Source: Eutreptiella sp. 'Long Island Sound 2002'
Taxonomy: Eukaryota; Protista; Euglenida
NCBI GenBank assembly: GCA_964036045.1
Contig: OZ038378.1
Coordinates: 146,382,001-146,446,000 of the forward strand
Direction: 5' to 3'
Length of the DNA stretch: 64,000 bases
A program made the translations under genes and the position numbers. The notes under the pieces are model-generated. The model made no database searches, had not been told where the DNA came from, and worked only from the letters and a program-made list of their open reading frames with translations. Shown piece by piece: positions 1 to 12,064 of the stretch (its first letter is position 1; each line of letters begins with the position of its first letter).

Positions 1-166
1 ACCCCTTCAGATTTTCCCTTCTAGCCCCTTCTGGCGTTCAAGTCAGGAACAATATAGCAACCAGCACGTAAAAATCCTCCTTTGCCGCCGCCCTGTCCGC
101 CACCAGGGTGCCACAGCAGCGCAAGAAGGGTCCCCATTCCCCCTTTGCAGCGCTGCAACGGCACTG

Positions 167-316
167 CTATGTGCAATGCTGGTCCCAGCATCTGCGCAGG
201 TGAATGGCAGGGTCCGTTGGGGTGTAGTGCACATCCTTCAGACCGCCGGTGGCGGACTTGATCACGACGTGGAACTTCAGAGGCCTGGCAAGCCACACCA
301 CCCCCGACTCATACAC
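167..316 (-). CDS. Probable exon 2 of the secreted protein
   Basis: Acceptor ...catgctgcAG at 317-318, then VYESGVVWLARPLKFHVVIKSATGGLKDVHYTPT. Joined in phase 0 to ...YYVNERL it completes the beta-sandwich pattern. TAG at 167-169. Confidence 0.55.
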   Translation of the reverse strand: MYESGVVWLARPLKFHVVIKSATGGLKDVHYTPTDPAIHLRRCWDQHCT

Positions 317-1376
317 CTGCAGCATGTGTGGAGAGGATGCAGGCAGCACCTGGTGCAACCAAATCAGTGGGGCCTTGAGGCATGCGTGTGGCCACAAAGT
401 CAACAAGCTTTGTCAGACTTGCCACCAGCCTCCCCCAGCTCAGATGCAATCGGGAGGAGGTGGGTTCTACCAGGCGTAAGCTGGTTCCTACTGAGTTGTG
501 GTTTCGGGGGGAGTGGATCTTTATTGAGCAGCACATGGTAACCTCCACCGGCCCCTGTGAAGACTCCCCCAGACCACTTGACGGTCCACTCAACCAGCGG
601 GAGGAACAGTCACCAAATGATGGTGGGGGGGAACACGCGCAAGAACCCCAACCAGACCTTTCCACTGGAACTCGATTGTACCCGGAGGAAAACTTGTCTT
701 CGGTACCGTGGACTTTTGGGGGGGGCTGTGCAAGGAGGGGGCCTCAACATGGTCAGGTTGCAGCGTCCGCATTAGGCTCTGGTCGCGCCTGCCCCGCGAC
801 TGTCATCGCCATCTGTCCTTCATGCCAATGTGCGGCGCATCCGTTGAGTGTCCGGCAAACAGTTGTTCATCCCTCGACCCTACCTCCGCTGGCTTCACTG
901 GCGCTCCGGGCTCTACTGGGTGAGGCGTGCATTCTGGTCAGGGGTCACTCGCTCCCTGTGCTGCTGTAGTAGCTGGCCCCGTCTGGGCGGGAAGAAAATT
1001 GCTCTGCGAGGGGGGGGGGGGGTGACACGGAAGCCCATTTTCCCAACCCCCCCCCCTCCTTGGCCGCCGTGACGGGAGGGGGGGCTCAGGGCGGGGGTGT
1101 CCGACCTGCCGTGCCGGGGGGGGGGGGGTCAACCCAACATCTATGGCTCAAAATGATACCCATGTTGCGCTGAACATTTTGACTACTCAAATGTGGGGGG
1201 GCCGCATGCAGGTCAACAAAGCGCTCCACACATGCACGTCCTGGTATGCATATGCAGCAATGTTCGGCAGTTCTCCACATATTGCGTCCCTTCTCAGGGA
1301 AAGACATTATGTACATCCTTTCATACCGCCGGCTTGTAATACCTTTATCCGGGCCGTCTTTTGTCGGCCAACAAAA

Positions 1377-2640
1377 CTAGCCTACATGGCACTGTACAGA
1401 TGAGAGGGGGACTGACTTGGTGGCTTGCACTTCAAGCTTGCGTGATGCTGGCACAAGATCGGCCAACTTGCTGTGCCTGCCCCCAGCCAAAGGCAGGGAG
1501 GTTGGTGTGTGTGTGTGTTTTGCTTTCTTGCTTTTGACTTGCCTGAGACTAATCAGTTGTAAGTGCATCCGAGTCGATCTGTCATTCTTCAATGCGGTGT
1601 TTGCAACACAAGACTCATATCTACTGAGGCCGTTTGATTGCGAGTCCTCGGACATCGGGGACTGGGGCTGGGAACCCCCCGAGTCCATATGAGAGCCTAT
1701 ATCTGAGTGATACCTGGGTGAGATGACATCTGTACTTGGTGTGTGAAAGAGCACGCGCCGATGCCTGGGTTCAAGCGTGGACATCGGCTGCAAGCCTATG
1801 TCCCTCCACATCACATCAGGGGGTGGACTTAGAGTGGGGGTCGTGGGGGCCCATGAAACCGTGGACCCAGACGGTGAAGATAATCCACTGAGCTGCGCAG
1901 AGGCACGTACTCGCGGTGGTGTCGAGGACACGCTGTGACATGACACATGGGATCCTTGTGGGGATCCAAAAAGGCAACGTATTGGCGTACGCTGGATGGA
2001 TGGAGGGGTCGCTGGGGTCCGATGGTGCGAGCCACAGACCAAGACTGGAGTTTCTTTTAGAGGAGTGGTGAGCTCCATGATGTCTACAGATCGGGAGACT
2101 GCCTGCGCCCTTCGTGGCGTCGGGGTAAACGGTAGCTCAAGTGAGATGACGGGCCTATCCTGATAAAACATGATACAACGGAGAGCTGAACCGACCTACC
2201 TCTGCCAAGTGATCAGCATGACGATTGCCTGCTATGACTGCTACTGTATGACTGGGAACCTTAATCCAGCGTAAGCGCATGGTAGCACTATCAATCAAAG
2301 ACAACAACTGGATCCAGAGATCTACATTGGCCACTGGGCCGCACTTGTTGACCCACCCTTGCTCTCTCCAACGGTAGGCAGAACCCGTGACACCATCATA
2401 TGCATACTGTGAGTCTGTTGCTATAGCTAATTTACCAGCTGTTCCTTGAGTATGCTCAAGGAGCCGTATTATGGCCGTGAGCTCTGCTCTGTTGTTGGAC
2501 TGTGCCATGTCCACTGGCAAGAAGCCAGAGAAATCCCATTGTCCTGGAATGGTGCATCCAAAGCCTGCAACCCACCCCACACGTGCATGGTACTCTGCTG
2601 ACCCGTCTGTGTAAGCCAGAAGCCATCCCTCACTTTCTAG
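1377..2640 (-). mobile_element. Retroelement remnant: RNase H1-type domain followed by a Ser/Pro/Thr-rich tail (frameshifted)
   Basis: AYTDGS, SNNRAELTAI, IATDSQY, NVDLW, WIKVPSH, GNRHADHLA are all four RNase HI catalytic motifs. The 5' side is interrupted by a G/C-run repeat at ~2640-3010. It lies inside the intron of the secreted-protein gene. Confidence 0.75.
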
Positions 2641-3741
2641 AGAATCGATGTGGGGGGGGGGGGGATTATTGGTGGAAAAAACTTTTTCGGGCCAACATTT
2701 GTGTTCCTGCGCCTTTGGCGCCAACATCCGTTCTTACACAAAACAAAGGGCCCGACACGGAACCCCATTTCTCCAACCTCCCCCCCTCCTTTGGCGGGCG
2801 TCCTTGTCACCCCCCCCCCCCCCCCGGAGAGCAATTTTCAGGTCGCCCTGGCCACACATGGTCGGGCTTCGTGAGGGCCTTGGGTTGAAAAACCCAGTGG
2901 GTACAGGGTCGATTAAAGTTAGTATACACACAACATTCAACATTCAGGGGGTGAGGCAGCGCGATCCTTCCGTGCTACATGTGCAAGGAGGGGGGGGGGG
3001 GGGGTAACGAGCTGCCCTGCTGGACATGGGGTGGCATGTCTGGGTCGCACCAACGAGAATGCTGCAGGATGCAAAGATCATGCCACACGGGTTGCAGGAA
3101 TCACCCTGTAGGCAGCAAGGAAGCCAAGACATGGACGACCTCCTCCCTGGATCTTGTGGAAAGCACCCTCTGAATTGCTTCAGGGTCATGGGAACAACTG
3201 CAGAGGTGGTGGGCCATTCCGGGGGTCGGAACCTGATTCCTCAGAATCCAAAGAATGTTTGCGGAGGTTGGAGGTTGAATTGTTGGATTGGGGCAAAATG
3301 TCCTACCATTAGGGCCTTTATGTGCACTGTGCAGGTCATTGTAGGTTTCCCTGCAGCAAGGGGAGGCTGTTGCACGAAGGCTGGTTGGTTACCGCGTGAT
3401 GCAACTGGTGTCCAGTGCTTCGTCTGGACCGAGGCCGTGCATCTATCGACAGTGGGAGGGGGAATGTGCAGTTTGTTTGTTTTTTCTGGTCAGAGTTGAA
3501 TGTTAGTGCCACTAATGCTCACCATTGCGTGTTTCTGCATGGTGTCCCTCCACTGCCAACCCTGGCAGGCACTGGTTTCATCAAGAATGCGAGGCCAGTA
3601 CCACTGGACATTTCGGCCCCACCGCACCATGTGATTTTTTCAGGGACATTATTTCATAGGATCCTCAGTCGGGCGGTAGAATAGCAAACGAGGCATGAGT
3701 AGCTTGCCACGGGACATCAGACTCTTACTCCCACATCTTTG

Positions 3742-4136
3742 GCAAGCCTAGGAAGTATCCATATCTAGAGTATCCGAGTATCCAGGAGGCCACAAAAAAA
3801 TGGGGGAAATGGGGGAAATGGGTGGGGATGGGGGGGGAATGGGGGGAAATGAAAAACAGTCACAAGTACATCATGGAAAATGTATGAAAATGCTCCAACA
3901 AGAAAGAAAAATGGGGGGAAATGGGGTAGAAATGGGGTGAAAATGGGTGAAAAATGGGACACGGTCAAGCAACCTCTGCATTTTTCCGGGTCCCATTTCC
4001 CCCATTTTTCCCAACGTCACCAATAACCCTACAGGGCCGTTAATAAAAAATTTGGGATCTAAGTATCCGGTGGAAAACTGGGGGAAATTTGAGGTGTCCA
4101 GAGGTAGCAAGAAAATTGGATACTTCCTAGGCTTGC
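3742..4136. mobile_element. MITE with 19-bp TIRs and 4-bp TSD (TTTG)
   Basis: GCAAGCCTAGGAAGTATCC (3742-3760) and its exact reverse complement (4118-4136); TTTG on both flanks (3738-3741, 4137-4140); non-coding interior of AAATGGGG-type repeats. Confidence 0.7.
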
Positions 4137-5756
4137 TTTGCGTTAGCACAGCTGTGGTCAGGGAAAGCAACGGCAGCACAGGCAGGTGGTGCTTGGACAA
4201 GGCAGTGCTTACATAGAAACCTAAAGAAGCCGCCAGAAAAACGACGGTAGCACTTGGTGGTGGCGCTTACCTGTGGTGGCGCTTACCTGTGCTGGCGCAA
4301 AGGGTGGGGGGGGGGGGGGGACTAACAGCAGAGTTGGTGGACCCACAGCGTGAATTGGCTTCGGAACGGACTGAGAAATCTGCAGTGATCAGCACCGATA
4401 CCACACATGCTCCAATGAAGCACAAGGCACACTGACTAGAGCCGACCTTATCCGACCAAACGGGCTGACAAGAACGGCAACTACTTGATCTTGACTAGAA
4501 AGCCAAAACACAAAAAACAGAAGAACAAAAAGGCAGCGGCGGGGGGGGGGGGGGGGCATCCCTGCTGGTTTGTGAGGGAGATCTGTTCTTGGTGATACAT
4601 TGCCCCAAGTTGACGGCTGCCGGTTGAAGGATGGTGCGGTGGGGGTGAAATGGAGAGATCACCACAGACAGTCAGACAGTCGTGTTGTTTTTTCCCGAGA
4701 ACACTACATGCCCAAACAACAACTGGCCAAGATTCACAATGCAAATTGTACACCCCCAATCTCCCCCGCTCCCTTCACAGCCCCCTGCCATAGGGGGGGG
4801 GTCTCCCCACCCCCTGTTACTAAACGACGGTGCAGCCCCCATGCAGGCTGCGTGCCTCAACCCCCTTTTACTACACCTACTCTTTAACAAGAGGAGAACT
4901 TTTCCTTGGCACCAGACATTGAGAACGCAAGTGACAGTGCCCACCAACCACTCACCTGACAACTGACCTGGGCCAAAAGGCAGGCCACGCAAAAAACCGC
5001 GGTGCCAGACATAGATGTGCTGCACTCCACTTACAATCAAGTGTACTCCATTTGCAATCCAGGGTACTCTGCTTGCAAGCATGGGTACTCCGCGTACCGT
5101 GTCCAGTAGCCTTTATGGAAACACCTCGCCCCCTTTGTGAAAAATGGGGCCCTGAGTCTCAAAGAAAAACGTGACCTGGGTACTTTTTTTTGTGCTGCAA
5201 CCGGAGTGTACTTTTTTTTTTGACATAATCCGAGGACCAAAAAAGGTGGGGAAAATGGAACTCTTGCCCTGGAACCCAAGTACCTTTTTTTTACACCCGA
5301 GTCCACTCTTTCTTGAAATGCAAACCCGGGTACCAAAAAAACCAGTTACCCAAGTACTTTCTTGGCGCTGTAACTTGAGTACACAAAACTCGGGTTGCAT
5401 CATTTACACTTTCTTTTTCTTGGGTTCCCCAAAAAAAAAGAAAACAAAAAGGATACACCAAGACACTGCCCCCCGGCTGTGGGACTGTGCAAGGGTAGGC
5501 ACTATATCGTGCAGGGGTCCACAATCGCAAAAGGGGAAGCCCGTGTTTCCAGCCTGAGACGGCTGCAAGCCCCATGTGGCAATCCAGTTGACACATCTCT
5601 GGACGGCCGACAGACGGTATGGACACTACATCCAGAAGACTGCCCTTGTTTCACAAAGCCGCCCACCAAGAGCTTCAAGAGACAGTCCACTCTGGGGCAC
5701 ATTCAGGGGGGAGTTACCCTTACCGGCCCTGGTGGCCCCTCTGCCCCAGCGCACAC

Positions 5757-6191
5757 CAGTCGCTCGTTGACATAATAGCGGACTTTGGACTTCAACGACC
5801 GCACGATCTTAAATGTAGTACCATCGCTGTAGGCCCCAGCCAACTTCATCCACTGCCCTCGCTCTACAACACTTGCGGAGCCTGAGCTTGTCAGCAGAAA
5901 CCCGTAGTCAATGACATTAAAAGAGGTGCTGAAAGGACGGTCCGACAGCTCCAGGCCACAGTACAGGTCTGGGGTTTGGCTGGCGGTGAATCCTACGGCA
6001 TCCATTGTGCGGGCTGCCTCCGCCCCAGCGCTCCAGAAGAACGGGGCAACGGGGGCACCATCGCGGGAGATACCACCCACAACGGCTGACACGTTGACGG
6101 CGTTTTTCCATGTGACGGAAGGCCCCTGGCTGAGGGCGCATGGCAAGACTGTTGCGGCTGCCAGCCACAAGCACAGGCTGGCAAGCCTCAT
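5757..6191 (-). CDS. Exon 1 of a secreted protein: signal peptide plus beta-sandwich (ConA/laminin-G-like) domain
   Basis: ATG at 6191 begins MRLASLCLWLAAATVLPCALSQG (signal-peptide-like), followed by WSAGAEA...IDYGFLLTSSGSASVVERG...GAYSDGTTFKIVR...VRYYVNERL. Phase-0 donor GTGTGC at 5756; exon is 435 nt (145 codons). An alternative GTAAGG donor exists at 5723. Confidence 0.7.
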
Positions 6192-6389
6192 GACGGATGA
6201 CTGCAGTGGCACCAAACAAGGTGTGGAGTACTGGGCGCCATACCGTGTGAATCCTAAGTATTTGCGGAATCCTTCTGTCTGCTTCCTTTTTAGCTGCCTC
6301 TTCCTCAGCCCACATGCATGCTGTCCTCGATCGCAGTCGCTCACATCAGTGCTTTGCTGACACCATCACTGTAAATAGTTTGCGCTATT

Positions 6390-6530
6390 TGCCATAAAAC
6401 GGTGGAAAGTCCAGCGATAGGTCCCCACCGACAGACCTACGCCCACTCACAGTACAGTGTCTGAATACGGCGGCGAAGCTGCCACCACACATTGTCCACG
6501 AATGCGGCGCCCGAGGCGCCGTCACGATTT
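6390..6530. repeat. Dispersed repeat; further copies at ~17430-17560 and ~17630-17690
   Basis: Shared gccata(a/g)aacggtggaaagtccagcgataggtccccacc(g/a)acagacctacgccc...gaatacggcggc. Confidence 0.7.
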
Positions 6531-6598
6531 GTCCGACATATTCTGCTCCAGCTTGGGTTGGATAGCAAGGCATTATGCCGTCAGGGCTGCTCTCTTAA

Positions 6599-7165
6599 TT
6601 AGCTCACAGCGCCAGAGGCGCCAAGACAGGTCGGTTGCATCCATACCTTCCTCCTGCGTTTGCACGTGTCACTGACGTCCGTGCTGAACGCCGACGAGCC
6701 CCAGGACCCCTCTGACGAGCTGATCGTCTCCCATGCATCACTGACTTCCGTCCCAAAGCCCCCCTCCCCATCACTGCCATGTGAACGTTCAGAGGATGAT
6801 ACATTACTAGGCATCTCCTCCAGTCCCAATTGTTCCCAGAGGACCTCTACCCGCGGGCGCTTGGGCATTGGCTGTTGATTATGGGGGTGCAATTGCCGCC
6901 CCACCTCCGCCAGGGCATCTGCTTCATGATTGCCCTGCACCCCAAGATGGGAAGGTGCCCAGTATATTTGGAGCTCCTCACCCGCCCTTTCTCTCTCCCA
7001 TAAAACCTGTTCCCATAGATCTTTATGCCCCACCTCCCCAACAGATGCACGCCATCCATGTCGTCGCCATTTGGGGGACCATTCCATAATGCCCTTAAAA
7101 ACATACTCTGAATCCATGATGACCACCATGCATTCCCCAGGTCTCCTATGCAGCACAGCATGCAA
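6599..7165 (-). mobile_element. 5'-truncated retroelement fragment: C-terminal half of RNase H1 plus Ser-rich tail
   Basis: IMDSEYVFKG..EW..KWRRHGW...GHKDLW...WAPSHLGVQGNHEADALAEVG; same architecture as 1377-2640. Confidence 0.75.
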
Positions 7166-7386
7166 GACCCCCCGCAGCTCTCCTCTGCTAACACTCTGTC
7201 GCTCACTCTGTCACAGCCTGTCCTGTATGGTTCAACAAGGCCTGGCCTCAAGATTAAGGGTGCACTGAGGCCTGGCTGGAGTGCGGCGCTAGTATGTGGA
7301 CAGTCTGCCATCTACAGTCTGTTGAAGTACAACAACAACACTGTCTAGTGCCACTCATGTATTTGGACATTCTGAGACGTCTTTGC

Positions 7387-10300
7387 CTTTGCTGACAATC
7401 TTGTAGTTTTTTTTTTTTTTTTGACTGACTCCAGAAGCTCAAAGAGTACTCAAGACTGTGCTTGGGAAAGTGGGCGTCTCCAGCATATGATACAGTGGAT
7501 CCCCGCAAAGCGGGGCACATGGCAAAGACCCAGAGTTCACATGCGTATAACAGAGGGCTCTCTGTTGCGGTAGGCAAAACCGCCACGCCATATGGCAAGC
7601 CTATAATGCGTAAGATTTAAGGGGGTTAAACATGCTGCATCACGTGTGTGCCATTCCCCACAGGTCTTCAAGAGTGACAAGCTTTCGTCGCTTTGTAGGG
7701 GCCATGTCTGGTGGCGGGCGTTGGCCCAGGATGCCGGGTCTTGTGCGGCAGTGGCGTTTAGGTAGAGGGGGCTCCACCCAGTGGGCCGCGCGCTCGGATG
7801 CCCACAACTGGCTCATCACCGAAAAGAGTTGGACCCTTCGGTCATGCCGCTGGTAGTGCTGGTCTGCGGAGGTGGTCCACACTCTAGCACGCCGCAGGAG
7901 GGTGTGCCAGTGCCGTGATTGCCGCACCAGGTCCTCTAGCATGTCGCGGTATGAAACCATCAGTGAGGCCCCGAGAACGGCACGTTGATGCAGAAACCAA
8001 GGCTGGGCCAGATACTGCATTGCCGAAGCTACGTGTTGCGCCCCTGGGTCCGCGGCAGTGGGACAGAGGCACTGGTCGAGATATTTTACCGCCCATGACC
8101 TGGTGTAGTACGATTGCGGCCGGTCCCATGTGCGCGCAGCTCTACGGTGGGACCTCTCTTGAGAGGCGCGGCCATCCTGCCGCTGTGTTCTCTCCCGGGG
8201 CCCTGTATACCCTACTTGATTGCGGAGGATAGAGTCCGTGGGGTTCGGTCGTACAGCTCGTGAGCGCAGCTTTGTGTACCATGCCGGCACCGCCGTGGAG
8301 GGCGTGGGCGGCACCTGTGGGTCACGGGGGGGCATGGTGAGTTGGCCGCGCAGTTGGCATACGCCATGTAGGGCGTGGTACTGGTGCCAGGCCACACGCT
8401 CCCTGAGGTCTACCCGCATTGTTCGGGGGATGTGGTCCCATAGGGACTGTGGTATGCGAAGGCAGGCAACATGGTGTAGGTCTGCCGCTGACGCCCTGTT
8501 CCACCATTCCGTCACCGTATCTTGCCATGGTCCCCAGGTGCTAAGCCACATGTTGCGAAATGCGACTTTCCAACGCATGCAGTGGATGAGTCGTTTGTGG
8601 ACAGTGGTACCGTGGTGGAGGGGACATATGGGGCATTTGGGGTTGGTATGGTCCCACGGCGCGCCCGTCCCATCCCATCGTACCTGACCCCAAAGCCATT
8701 TAACCCAGAGCATACGTCGGTCCCCGCGCATCGGCAGCCAGGATACCCAGTGTGCACCGTCGAAAGTGACAACGCGCCTCCGTTGGAGGATCCATTTCCG
8801 CGCCGGAGTGGGGGCGGGCCCGCCGCACATTGCAATATCTTCGGGGCGCTGGGGGTCGTAATCCGGCACGGGTAGGCGCGTGGCCATCTTGGCGAGCAGG
8901 TCTACTTCCCCATTGCGTCGAATTTGTTCGCGTTCTTGCGCGTTACGGGCCTCCGTCTCAAGGCGGTGGCTGGGGATCCACTCCGCGGCGACGCGTTTGT
9001 GCTGCACTTGGTCACACACTTTGTGGCGGATGTCAGCGTCAGAACATTCGTGCGTGGGTCGGCGGTGTGCGCATTTTGTGACGGCCATGTTGTCGATGTA
9101 TTGAGTGTCACCGTCAGATGCAATGGCCGCGCCGATGGCTGCTCCGTACATTTCAGCCCTGTAGGACTGCCGTGGGCCCGCCACCCGGGCGAGGATGCGA
9201 AGAGGCCCTTTTGTTACTGCTGCGCCCGCCGCTTGGTATTCCGAGCCCGCAATCTGAACTGTTTGAAGGCTGCCATCGGAGTATAGGGACGTTCCGGTTG
9301 GCGGTTGCTTGTTTGAGTAGCACGCTATGCCCGCGATGTTGACAGGGTGGTATCCCGCAGGTACCGTGCCTGCCGAGGGGTCTTCGTGGTACCGGTGTGG
9401 GGCAATGTAGTGGCGCGTGTGGAGGGCATCCCCCACCTGCTCCTTGCGGGCACACAAGAGGACGCCGTCATCGGAGCTTTCACTGTCGATGAGGTTGGGT
9501 CCCCCGGCCGGCCGCGGCGGTAGTGCTATGTGGAGTGCAGTGCGAGCACCTAGCTGGGTGAGTATAGCCAAGTAGTTGCGAATAGGCACCGCTCGGGAGG
9601 GCAATTCTTTGCTAACGTTGCAGCCAATGGATCCCGGACGTGAACGTAACGTGTTCTGTACCATTGTGGTGAAGCGTGCCCTGTGGGCCCAAAACAGTTG
9701 GTGCAACCCCATTCCGCCCAGTCGGTGAGGAGAAGTGACATGGAGGACGTTGTATGATTTGTGAACGTCGACCTTATTGAGTTCCATGCCCTCCGCCATA
9801 AGCACAAACCGCAAGCACATGGAGTCCATGGCTTTGAACATTGAGTCGTTGGGGAGAAACAAGGTGCGGTACGTCCACCGTGGGATCAAGATGGTGTTCA
9901 GCAGCTGCACCCGCTCGAAAGCGTTCAGTGGCAGGTATTGGTATCGCGTCAGATCGGCTGCGGCCGTCCCCACGAAGTCATCACGTGCCTTTTGTTCCCA
10001 GGTTGGATGTGCCAGGAGGTGACCGAGGTAGTGGAAGATAGGGGGTTGCAGCGGCAATCGCGCATCGCCCCACGTGATGGTGTCCCTGGTCGGGGACTCT
10101 CGTCGTGCCACACCCTGACGGCGGGAGGGTGGGGCCCAACGGTACACCTGTGTCTTTGAAGGGTTCGTCTTGAGGCCCAGTATGGCAGACAATTGACTGA
10201 CGCGCTCCAGGACGTGCTGCATCTCCCGTTGGCTCGGGGAGATGATGGCGATGTCGTCGACATAGGCCAGTATGGTGCTGTTGGGAAATTCTCTAGTGAG

Positions 10301-11077
10301 AGTCTGGTGGAAGGCCTCATACACTAGAACAAAAAGGGCTGGGGACAGGGGGCACCCCTCCTTGATGCCACGACGCAACGGAAAACGGACGTCTCCGTAC
10401 ACCCCCGTGCTGTGCGCGTAGATGCTAGCCACCATGTTGTAGATGCGGGCTAGGGTTCCAATCAACTGGAGTCCGTAGGTGAGGCACTCATGGGGCATGC
10501 TGGGGTAGGCTTTTGCGATGTCCAGGAGGCATACCAGCGCACCGTCCCCGTATTGGTGTAAAAGCATCGACATGCGGAGGGCTTCTTGTGATGTGGTATA
10601 GCCTCGTCTACATCCTGCTTGGGGGTCGGAGAGCGCCGCGTCGATGGGCCCTCGCAGGGTGTCCAATATGAGCCGGGCTAGAATGGAGTACATCCCCGTG
10701 GCTACGCTAATGGGCCGGTAACTGCGGGCCGCCTCAGGGGGGCCAGACTTGTAGATCATGGCTATTCTGGCCTGCAGCCAGTGGTGCGGCACATCGCCGC
10801 TTTCCCACACATGGCGCACTGCTATGTATAGGTCCCACTGTAGTTCCCTAGGTAACCACTGGTACAGGTGGGGTGCCACGTGGTCCATGCCTGCCGCCTT
10901 GTTCTTGGGTTGGCGTAGCGCTTTTGTGAAAGATTGCCAGGAGGGAGGATCGGGGCTCACTGGTCGTCCTGGCTTTAAGACTTGTGAAAGAAGAGCCTTG
11001 GCCTCTTCCGGTCTCCATGGTGGGTCCCCCGCGAAGTGCGGAAGGTGTTCGGCTTTGCTGACAATCTTGTAGTTTTT
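7387..11077 (-). mobile_element. 5'-truncated non-LTR retrotransposon (LINE) with poly(A) tail and target-site duplication
   Basis: CTTTGCTGACAATCTTGTAG(TTTTT) at 7387-7411 and 11053-11077 (20-25 bp TSD); T16 at 7407-7422 is the poly(A) tail on the minus strand; ~220-bp 3' UTR. Confidence 0.92.
7640..11052 (-). CDS. LINE ORF2 (truncated): reverse transcriptase, RNase H, CCHC zinc finger
   Basis: KAAGMD, QAGCRRG, LLDIAKAY, GIKEGCPLSP, AYVDD, YLG (RT); YSDGS, RAEMYG, YIDN, WIPSH, NGEVDLLAK (RNase H); CPIC-x8-H-x5-C. The frame is open from the 5' junction to TGA at 7640; no endonuclease domain is retained. Confidence 0.92.
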
Positions 11078-12064
11078 GCACTGGAATGGGCGGTGTGGGT
11101 CATGGACATATCCCGTTTCACATTGGACATTTTGCTTAAGTCTATTTTTGCAGTGAAAAGCTAGATGAAAAACAAATAACGGCTTTTGACGAGGATTTGC
11201 GATGTGTGCCTAAGTTTTGTGTTGGGTGTTTTGAGTTTTATTTATGCAAAATTGGGCAGCAGCACCCAAAAATGAGGTAAATTTTTTTTTGCGATTTTCC
11301 TCTGTGGAACCCATTTTTGCAGAGCTGTTTCTGGCACACTGAGTCAAAACTTTTTTCAATTGTTGCGTTTTTTTTTGGATCTGCCCCAGTTTTTCAACTG
11401 CAAAGGACCTGGGGTACCTTGGACTTTGGGATTGCAGTCCACAACATAGACAAGCACCCTAGTGTTGTAGCATGGGGAACAGACACTCTGGCTTCGCCCT
11501 CTTATAAAGCAAGGTGTGTGAACCCGCCTTGGGGACAAGACCCTTAGTTAGGACCCCTAGCTGGTCCAGAGCCCAAGGGGTTCTGAGTCCTCCACCCCCA
11601 ACTCTTTTTATGTCGCCTAGAGTTTTGTTTACCTTGGTTTGGGCGAGTGGGCCTGTTTCCCACCCAGGGCAAATCCTTGACCAGCAAGTTACTCCTTTTT
11701 ACCTCTCCCCACAATGTGCAACTCATGAGCACCACATGGGGCTGGGTCGGGGGACCCGTTTGTATGTGCAGCAAGCGTACATGGCTCCTATGTATGCGTG
11801 TTGGGCTGCGCATTGTTCATGGCCTTTTTGGATGGTGTGTGTCCGCTGGTGCAAGGCACTTGCCAATAAGCTAGCACGCTAGAGTGTGTACTTTTGTGGC
11901 GACCTCTAGCACAACAATGCCTTACCACTCGTTGCATGAGTGCACATGGGAGTCCATGCGATGCACGTGTTTGTGTATGTGTGTGTGTGTGACGCCCCAA
12001 TCGTTCCAATCATGCTCAAACTGCGAGGTTCAACACCTAAGACCTACTGCTAATTGACTGAACC

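Noticed and set aside
7884-11072. Many plus-strand and alternate-frame ORFs
   Set aside because: Antisense or off-frame shadows of the LINE ORF.
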